Origin: Candidatus Thorarchaeota archaeon
Lineage (GTDB): Archaea; Asgardarchaeota; Thorarchaeia; Thorarchaeales; Thorarchaeaceae
Length of the DNA: 29,604 nucleotides
NCBI GenBank assembly: GCA_048882485.1
Contig: JBHLRP010000038.1
Coordinates: 1 to 29,604 of the forward strand
Direction: 5' to 3'
The translations under genes were made by a program, and so were the position numbers. Of this stretch, positions 1-6,912 are shown one piece after another (positions within the stretch are counted from its first letter, which is position 1; each line of letters opens with the position of its first letter). Under the pieces are notes generated by a model. The model saw only the letters and a list, made by a program, of their open reading frames with translations. It did no database searches and had not been told where the DNA came from.

Positions 1-37
1 TCTGCCACGCTGACTGAGCCAAAGGTCGGACAAGCTC

Positions 38-1126
38 ATGCTACGTTACAGAAGAGCATCAAGCATAATATCAGCAGTCATTGCTGTTATGATTCTATTA
101 TCCTGTTTTCAGGTCACAGTGAATGCACAGAATGACCTTGACCCCATTGTTGTCCTCTATGACGCAGAGCATTCACCCCAGTTCTCAGCGATAGAAGAGG
201 AAGACGGACTAAAACTGATGCTCGACACGGTCAATGCATCCACGAGATACATTGTCAAAATAAACGAAGATCCAATTCGTAACCACACTTTGAATGATGT
301 GGACATACTAATAGTGGCCAGTCCTGATGAAACCAACGAGTTCACAGTATCAGAGGTGGCTGCTATAGACGAGATGTTGAACAATGGCAGCTCTCTGATG
401 CTATTGGGTGATCCATCCATCGGACAGAACTCGTCCTATTGGTCTGATTCTCAATTTCAAGACCTTGGAGAAACCTTCGCATTAAACCGTCTCCTCGACT
501 CTCTAAACATCACCGGACCGAGATTCAGTGTGAACTATAGTGCGTCCTATGACACGTATTGGGGCGATGCGATGTTTGATTGGAATGAAACGCTGAATGC
601 AACCTCTCCTTGGGTCATCAGCATGGATTCCAGCACTTGGGACTCCACGCATCCCATCTTCAAGAACATCAATGAACTCGTTCTGATGACGGCCACACTG
701 AAACCAATCCCTTTGGCTAGCTCAATTGCTACATGCTATGAAACCTCGTTTGCGCAATACAAGTTGACCAGTTTCGCTATGGCCAACTACACTTATGTCA
801 ACCAGACTCTGTTTGAGGAAAGCCCTCTGTCATATTCGGCCATAAACGGGTCTTTTCCCTCGTGGATGTCGGCCTTCGAGTTCAACAAGAGTCGAATAGT
901 CCTCTCTGGGTCCACGATAATGTTCAGTGGACGTCCCCTCGATATTGAAGGCGCGAGTAGACAATGGTTCTATGAGGCGGACAATTCACGTCTTTTCATG
1001 AATATGCTCGATTGGTTGTCAGAAGAATTTGTTGAAGCCCCAGAAGCCATAAGCCCAATGTTACTGATATCAGGAGTAGTCCTTGCTGTAGGTGTAGCCT
1101 TCTATATCATGAAGAAAATACGATAG
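38..1126 (+). CDS. Secreted, C-terminally anchored GIFT-domain (GldG/IFT52/Wbp1-OST48-like) membrane glycoprotein
   Basis: N-terminal basic plus hydrophobic signal peptide. GIFT-like motifs VLYDAEH, DILIVASP..F...E...I..ML.NGSSLMLLGD, SRIVLSGS..MFS and DNSRLFMNMLDWL. C-terminal TM helix followed by KKIR. About 12 N-x-S/T sequons. Confidence 0.7.
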   Translation: MLRYRRASSIISAVIAVMILLSCFQVTVNAQNDLDPIVVLYDAEHSPQFSAIEEEDGLKLMLDTVNASTRYIVKINEDPIRNHTLNDVDILIVASPDETNEFTVSEVAAIDEMLNNGSSLMLLGDPSIGQNSSYWSDSQFQDLGETFALNRLLDSLNITGPRFSVNYSASYDTYWGDAMFDWNETLNATSPWVISMDSSTWDSTHPIFKNINELVLMTATLKPIPLASSIATCYETSFAQYKLTSFAMANYTYVNQTLFEESPLSYSAINGSFPSWMSAFEFNKSRIVLSGSTIMFSGRPLDIEGASRQWFYEADNSRLFMNMLDWLSEEFVEAPEAISPMLLISGVVLAVGVAFYIMKKIR

Positions 1127-1128
1127 CA

Positions 1129-1719
1129 TCACCATTCAGGCGTTTCCAACCCTGACTGCACCAGAATCGTTTCCACAGCGTGTTTGAGGTCAGATATTCC
1201 TTGTTTCGTATGGGCGGCCAGCGGTACTACATTTGGTTCTCTCCTTGGAAGGGCCTCTCTAAGTTTGAAAGTCAGGTACTCGAGTTCTGCTGATTGCTGC
1301 CGTTTCTTCAGCTTGTCTATTTTGTTAGCTACAACAATGACATGCGGAGCTATCTCGGACAGAAATGTATAGAACTCGACATCAATAGGAATCTCACCAC
1401 GCGCTTCCCATCGTTCTACTAACTCTCTGAAAAGAGAAACATCTACTATCAACACCGCAAGAGCTAGACGGTCACTCCAACCCTCGAGTTTCTGTATAAT
1501 AGTCGTCTTCATCTCCTCGATCCCGATCTTACTCACGCCAGACATGTGTCCAAATCCTGGAATGTCCACAAATGTTACCGGTCCCATGCCAATCATGAGT
1601 TCCCATCTTGTACTTCCAGGTTTCTTGCCTACTCTTACTTTTCTACCAGTGAGAGCTCTGATTGTACTGCTTTTTCCGACATTGCTCCTTCCAGCAAAGA
1701 CCACGAGAGGTTCTTTCAA
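1129..1719 (-). CDS. engB: EngB/YihA-family GTP-binding protein
   Basis: G1 GRSNVGKS, G2 T (PGST), G3 DIPG, G4 NKID. Likely start is TTG at 1719, one base after the lhr stop. The ORF track extends it to 1773, overlapping lhr. Confidence 0.85.
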   Translation of the reverse strand: MKEPLVVFAGRSNVGKSSTIRALTGRKVRVGKKPGSTRWELMIGMGPVTFVDIPGFGHMSGVSKIGIEEMKTTIIQKLEGWSDRLALAVLIVDVSLFRELVERWEARGEIPIDVEFYTFLSEIAPHVIVVANKIDKLKKRQQSAELEYLTFKLREALPRREPNVVPLAAHTKQGISDLKHAVETILVQSGLETPEW

Positions 1720-1720
1720 A

Positions 1721-4564
1721 TCAGTCCCTCCAGAACGGACGCGTTCGTGCATACTCTCTTTCTGCCTTAGCAATTTCCTTTAGGAGAGAATGACGGTCTG
1801 TAAGTCCTGGCTTCAAGATTCTTGCTGCAGTTGTTGCTCCAATACCTCGTGCTGCCAGTACTAGTAAGGCTCTCTTCCCATAATCAGATACCAGAGTTGC
1901 CATTAGACCTCCTGCCTTGTACTTCTTCTCCTCGGGCTTTGTGAGAGGCTTGCCAGCAACCCGTTTGGCTACTATTTTCGTAAAGTCTTTGTCTGTTGGA
2001 GGCAGCACAGCAATCATTTTTGACCCACAGACGGGACATTCGACAATTTCCTCCATTGTTGAAACAGTACGTGTTGAGTCCCAGTCACCTTTTGCCATGC
2101 ATACAAGTCTGAAACGTTTCGCGAGAAGACGGTCTTCCATCATAGCCAACACTTCCTCCTCGTCGCTAATTTCCCCGATCACCTCAAAACGAGTCTTTTC
2201 CTCGACTATGAGCCGTGCCAAGTGAGATGGGCTCTCTGTCCTTGAGAACCTGATTTCGAGTTTGTCTGAGCTTCCCCTATCGAATATGGCAGCTACACGC
2301 CGCTCATCCAATTTCTCATCCAAGACCTCTCTCATCGCCTCATCAAAAACGGGAGCCCCCTCATAGGCCTTGATTAATCGCTTGACTGGAATCTCCCTGA
2401 ACTTAGCATCTCTTCTAATGATGCCCATTCTTCTGCCAACATGAATAAATCGAGATGCAAAGTTCTGAGTAGTCTTGATGGTCTTTCTGAGAATCATGGA
2501 CGCCTGATTTCCGTTGTAGTCTTTCAGTACATCAGCAACATGTTCAGGCTCGATTCGGATACTAGATGTGAATAAGATACGGTATGGATCTCTCTCAACA
2601 GCGACATTTACTCCCATACGCGTAGTCAGGAGCGCAGCGATGACCAATCCAAGAGTTTCATTGGTCCTTGTGCCCAAGGGTGCATGAAGAACTAGTCCTG
2701 TACGGAAGTCCTCTATGACAAACAGGCTCTCTGACGGCAGGAAACCTAGTTCAGACTTTGCCTTCTTTACACTCTCAATCATTTGCCTTTGCCCTTCATC
2801 GTCTATTCCGTACTCCTTTCTCAACCACTCTTTGCCTTCGCTATCATCTTTCTCCTCTAATACATTCCAGACCTTAGCGACCTCTGTGGCGACCTCATAT
2901 GGTACTGGAATCATCTCCCCTAGCCATCTAGGAGCCTCCGTATCGACGTCTGTAACAGGTGCACAAAGAACCTCGTCCTCCTCGATACTGACAACCTGCC
3001 AAGGCCTGCCTCTTATCACAAAGACAGACCCAGTATCAACGTTCTGTGTCACATAGTCCTCATCTAGCACACCAATGCTTGAACGAGTCGCCATGTCTAA
3101 TGCATTGACCTTTCTCACATCAGGAATGGTGCTCAGATGTTCATAGTAGAAGGCTCTTGTTCTCCTGTTTCTGGTGACTTTTCCATTTTCCAAGGCCGCG
3201 AGACTCTTTTCGTTCATGAAGTCCAAGATGCGATTCAGATTATCAAGACTCAGAGCATGATAGGGATATGCAAGTGAGAGGATGTTAAAGAGGTCAGAAT
3301 GTTCAATCTCCTGTTTGTCAAGTAGAATCCCACAGATTTGATGACACAACACATCCCATGGCTTTATTGGTATCTCTGCCTTCTCAACCTTGTTCACGAG
3401 AGCGCGTCTTAGAATAACACCTGACTCAGTTATGTCATCCAGATTCATCGTTGCCAGAATTACTCCCTCAGCTGTTCTACCAATACCATGGCCTGCACGC
3501 CCAGTACGTTGCAAGGCTCTTGATACTTCACGTGGACTGCTGTACTGAATGACAAGATCCGCCTGACCTATGTCGATGCCAAGCTCAAGACTAGATGTAG
3601 CAATTATAGCCTTGGAACCCCCACTTTTCAGCCTCTCCTCAGCGGAGATTCGAACATCCTTGGAGAGCGAACCATGATGCACATCAAACTCGAATGGTGG
3701 CTTACTCAGCATCATCTTGGAGCCAAGAGTTTCAGCAAAGGAACGTGTATTTGTGAAGATTATAGTTGATTCATGCGAGTCGACAAGGCTCACAATTCTA
3801 TCAAGTCGAGCAGTAGAATAGGGCGGATATACCAATTTTCTTGCCATCTTCTTGTGTTGTGGACCCGGCGTTGGTACTTCGACTCTCAACCTCATCATCC
3901 GCGAGTCATACCCTGCCCAGACGGTCTTCACAGTTCGACTCGAACCACCAAGTAGCTTTGCAACCTCTGCAGTATTTCCAACTGTAGCCGATAGTCCTAC
4001 ACGTTGAATGGGATTATCAACAAGATGCTCCAATCTCTCAAGTCCAAGGCTAAGCTGAGTTCCCCTCTTGCTATCAGCGAGCTCATGAATCTCATCGACG
4101 ACCACTGCGAAGACGGATTTCAGATGATATCTCAGACGTTTTCCGGGAAGAATTGCTTGAAGAGTTTCTGGAGTTGTTATCAACAAGTTGGGAGGGTTCA
4201 AGGCCTGTTTCCTGCGTTGATATTGGGTCGTATCACCATGGCGCACATCCACCGTCAATCCAAGATGTTCACACAGCTCTCCTATTCTCTTGAACACATC
4301 ACGATTAAGTGCTCTTAGCGGAGTGATGTATAGTATATAGAACCCGAAGAGCTCACGTTGGTTCTTCAACTTCTGTAGTTTATCAAGCAGCGGCAAGAGT
4401 GCAGCTTCGGTCTTCCCACTTCCCGTAGGAGAGAGAAGAAGAGCATTCTGCCTTTTCCCCATAACGACAGGAATCGCTCTTTCCTGAATTGGAGTGGCTG
4501 ATGTAATGCCTTGGGTTGCTAGGAAATCAACGATGTTCCTACTGAGATGTGAGAACGCACTCAT
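1721..4564 (-). CDS. lhr: Lhr-family ATP-dependent SF2 helicase
   Basis: Q motif TPIQ, Walker A PTGSGKT, YITPLRALNRD, TTPETL, DEIH, SAT, HHGSLS, ATSSLELGID, QRTGRAGH, C-terminal CPVC; 947 aa. Confidence 0.92.
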   Translation of the reverse strand: MSAFSHLSRNIVDFLATQGITSATPIQERAIPVVMGKRQNALLLSPTGSGKTEAALLPLLDKLQKLKNQRELFGFYILYITPLRALNRDVFKRIGELCEHLGLTVDVRHGDTTQYQRRKQALNPPNLLITTPETLQAILPGKRLRYHLKSVFAVVVDEIHELADSKRGTQLSLGLERLEHLVDNPIQRVGLSATVGNTAEVAKLLGGSSRTVKTVWAGYDSRMMRLRVEVPTPGPQHKKMARKLVYPPYSTARLDRIVSLVDSHESTIIFTNTRSFAETLGSKMMLSKPPFEFDVHHGSLSKDVRISAEERLKSGGSKAIIATSSLELGIDIGQADLVIQYSSPREVSRALQRTGRAGHGIGRTAEGVILATMNLDDITESGVILRRALVNKVEKAEIPIKPWDVLCHQICGILLDKQEIEHSDLFNILSLAYPYHALSLDNLNRILDFMNEKSLAALENGKVTRNRRTRAFYYEHLSTIPDVRKVNALDMATRSSIGVLDEDYVTQNVDTGSVFVIRGRPWQVVSIEEDEVLCAPVTDVDTEAPRWLGEMIPVPYEVATEVAKVWNVLEEKDDSEGKEWLRKEYGIDDEGQRQMIESVKKAKSELGFLPSESLFVIEDFRTGLVLHAPLGTRTNETLGLVIAALLTTRMGVNVAVERDPYRILFTSSIRIEPEHVADVLKDYNGNQASMILRKTIKTTQNFASRFIHVGRRMGIIRRDAKFREIPVKRLIKAYEGAPVFDEAMREVLDEKLDERRVAAIFDRGSSDKLEIRFSRTESPSHLARLIVEEKTRFEVIGEISDEEEVLAMMEDRLLAKRFRLVCMAKGDWDSTRTVSTMEEIVECPVCGSKMIAVLPPTDKDFTKIVAKRVAGKPLTKPEEKKYKAGGLMATLVSDYGKRALLVLAARGIGATTAARILKPGLTDRHSLLKEIAKAEREYARTRPFWRD

Positions 4565-4797
4565 GTAGAAGTCTTCCTTCTTACCAGATGTTGCGTTTCA
4601 TTGATTAATATGCGCAAATCTGTTCGGAGTGTTATCTCTGCCTCTTCCATTTCGCGCTCAAGAAGTTGAATGATGTCATCAAGAGAGTGGCCCTGACCTG
4701 CAAGCCTCTCTACTATGGACCTTACAGCGTCTAGATTTGCCATATGTCCTGCCGAGTTCTCAAAGGCCCGAAAAAATAAGTCATCAGAACTCATCAT
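4561..4797 (-). CDS. Small helical hypothetical protein
   Basis: 78-aa amphipathic-helix ORF, preceded by GGAGG. Its TGA overlaps the lhr ATG (ATGA at 4561-4564). Confidence 0.7.
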   Translation of the reverse strand: MMSSDDLFFRAFENSAGHMANLDAVRSIVERLAGQGHSLDDIIQLLEREMEEAEITLRTDLRILINETQHLVRRKTST

Positions 4798-4815
4798 GAG
4801 TAGCCTCCGCTACTC
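4798..4815. promoter_or_regulatory. Perfect 7-bp hairpin enclosing the ribosome-binding site of the 78-aa ORF
   Basis: Minus strand reads GAGTAGC-GGAG-GCTACTC followed directly by ATG at 4797. The GGAGG Shine-Dalgarno covers the loop and the first stem base. Confidence 0.5.
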
Positions 4816-4822
4816 CTCTGGC

Positions 4823-4939
4823 CTACTCGTCTTCCTCCTCTCCCCAGACGGAATAGGCTAGGATCAGCATTAGGGCGACAACACCCATCGCAACTAGAAT
4901 AAGGAACATGATTGACTCGATGAGTATAGTCTGTGCCAT
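4823..4939 (-). CDS. Unannotated 38-aa single-pass membrane microprotein MAQTILIESIMFLILVAMGVVALMLILAYSVWGEEEDE
   Basis: Translated by hand from ATG 4939 to TAG 4823. Long hydrophobic helix plus acidic tail. TATA-like TTATAA about 30 bp upstream (4975-4970). Fills the gap between elf1 and the 78-aa ORF on the same strand. Shorter than any ORF in the supplied track. Confidence 0.7.
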   Translation of the reverse strand: MAQTILIESIMFLILVAMGVVALMLILAYSVWGEEEDE

Positions 4940-5000
4940 AGGAATCCCGCGTTCTCGGATTTACTCCACTTATAACCATTGCTGATTACAGGTCTTTGTA

Positions 5001-5255
5001 CTAGGCAGCTTTCGCCTTTCTACTCTCATAGAACTTGTCGATGAATGCACCATAGATGTCAACGGGCTCCGTCAGGGGATTGACCTCATCAATGGACATC
5101 TCAAGTCCACACGAGCCACACTTGACACTGGCGAAGCCATTGTTGCGATATAGCTCGATCTTGATTGAAGTGTTTCCGCAGTCAGGACATGGATATACAT
5201 CTGGTATGCGTTTCTGTGGACGCCGTCGAACTTTCTGTCTTCGCCTTCTTCCCAT
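5001..5255 (-). CDS. elf1: Transcription elongation factor Elf1
   Basis: Basic N-terminus MGRRRRQK, zinc ribbon CPDC...CGSC, EPVDIY..FID motif. SD GAGGTGA upstream. Confidence 0.9.
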   Translation of the reverse strand: MGRRRRQKVRRRPQKRIPDVYPCPDCGNTSIKIELYRNNGFASVKCGSCGLEMSIDEVNPLTEPVDIYGAFIDKFYESRKAKAA

Positions 5256-5413
5256 AATGAATCACCTCTATCTATGTCCCACAAAAGAGGGAAGCAGCCC
5301 AATAGAAGTAGAGCGGGCTGCACCTGACTGGAATTCATTTAAGCATTATGATGCCTCGAAATCGAGGTCAAAGCAAAGCGTTCATATTGATGCCAGCCCC
5401 GCAGCTGAATACG

Positions 5414-5644
5414 ATGTCAGACCTCTCACGAAATGCAGAATGTGTCCTGAAGATTCTACAGAACGCAACGGAGCCCCTCATGACATCTGAGATTCTTGAA
5501 GCTGCACGAAACGAAGAGCTCTCCGATATCTGTCAAGACTGCGCCGGTGGAGACACATTCATCGTCGCTGCTCGACAACTCGTTGACAGGGGGCTCATCA
5601 CAAAGAAGCTCGCCAAAGGAGGTTATCGTTGGCAATTGGCATAG
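5414..5644 (+). CDS. Small winged-helix protein with a CxxC motif (putative regulator)
   Basis: wHTH pattern VLKILQ..EPLMTSEI...RQLVDRGLITK....YRW with CQDC in the HTH turn. ATG 5414 is preferred over the ORF-track start 5348. Ends 12 bp before the cysteine desulfurase. Confidence 0.65.
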   Translation: MSDLSRNAECVLKILQNATEPLMTSEILEAARNEELSDICQDCAGGDTFIVAARQLVDRGLITKKLAKGGYRWQLA

Positions 5645-5656
5645 GACGATGATGCT

Positions 5657-6889
5657 ATGTTAGACGTTAGAGATGATTTTCCAGTCCTGAATCGTAAGAT
5701 CAATGGACGTCCGATTGTGTACTTGGACAGTGCATGCATGGCACTAAAGCCTAGACAAGTTGTAAATGCCATGAATGAGTATTATGAGCAGTATCCGGCT
5801 TGTGGAGGGCGCAGCATTCACAAATTCGGCGAAGAAGCCTCAAATGCATACACATCATCGAGAGAGAAGTTTGCGAGATTTCTCAATGCATCAGAGCCTG
5901 AGGAGTGCATCTGGACACGAAATGCGACAGAGTCTCTCAATATCGTTGCGGCCTCAGTAAAAATCCCTCCTGATGGGAAGATTATAACGACAACCCTCGA
6001 GCATCACAGTGGATCATTGCCCTTTGTTGAACGTGCTCGTCGTGATGGAATAAGGATTGAAGTTGTCGAAGCAAAGAACGATGGCACTTTCGATATAGAA
6101 GACTGGAAACGAGTCATTGACAGTCATACACGACTGGTTTCAGTCGTACACTCCTCGAATGTGACTGGAACGGTGGCACCACTGAAGGAGATAATCGATA
6201 TTGCCCATGACCATGGGGCTCTGGTCATGTCAGATGATGCTCAGTATGCTCCACATCACCCTCTCGATGTACAAAAACTAGATGTAGACTTCTCTGCTAT
6301 ATCTGTTCACAAGATGTGCGGCCCAACGGGCATGGGAGTTCTCTATGGCAAGTCTGATCTTCTCAATGAGATGGACATGTTCCTTGTGGGCGGCGACACC
6401 GTTGCAGACGTACGCTATGAAAACGGTCAGATACTTCCAGAATATCTACCTCCTCCTGAGAAGTTTGAAGCAGGACTCCAGAACTATGCTGGTGCAATAG
6501 GCGCTGGTGCTGCAGCGGAGTACCTCCAAAGTATAGGAATGCATGAAATCGAGAAGCACGAGCGCACATTGCTTGAAAAGGCCCTCAATGAGCTAAAGGT
6601 CATGAACCATGTACGTATCCTTGGGACTGATGACATCAACATCAAGACTGGTCTTGTCACGTTTAGTCTGGACATTGTAGAGGCTGCCCATGATGTAGCA
6701 GCATTTCTAAATGACGAGTTCAACGTCATGATTCGTTCTGGTGCACACTGCGTCCATCCATTCCATTATCAAATGGGAATCAGTCCAATGAAGGGTACAG
6801 CACGAGCAAGTTTCTATCTCTACAACAACATGAATGATTTGCAGAAATTTCTAGAAGGAATGCATGCGCTGATTGATGCGACATCATAG
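5657..6889 (+). CDS. sufS: SufS/CsdA-type (group II) cysteine desulfurase
   Basis: R.DFP.L, YLDSA, EHH, DDAQ, PLP lysine in SVHKMCGPTG, KFEAG, catalytic-Cys loop RSGAHC, RASFYLYN. Confidence 0.9.
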   Translation: MLDVRDDFPVLNRKINGRPIVYLDSACMALKPRQVVNAMNEYYEQYPACGGRSIHKFGEEASNAYTSSREKFARFLNASEPEECIWTRNATESLNIVAASVKIPPDGKIITTTLEHHSGSLPFVERARRDGIRIEVVEAKNDGTFDIEDWKRVIDSHTRLVSVVHSSNVTGTVAPLKEIIDIAHDHGALVMSDDAQYAPHHPLDVQKLDVDFSAISVHKMCGPTGMGVLYGKSDLLNEMDMFLVGGDTVADVRYENGQILPEYLPPPEKFEAGLQNYAGAIGAGAAAEYLQSIGMHEIEKHERTLLEKALNELKVMNHVRILGTDDINIKTGLVTFSLDIVEAAHDVAAFLNDEFNVMIRSGAHCVHPFHYQMGISPMKGTARASFYLYNNMNDLQKFLEGMHALIDATS

Positions 6890-6912
6890 AATGAAACTGG
6901 GGGGATCCAACC

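Noticed and set aside
4794-4979. 61-aa minus-strand ORF in the ORF track
   Set aside because: Composition is not protein-like, it starts upstream of the TATA-like box, and it overlaps the more credible 38-aa TM ORF in another frame.
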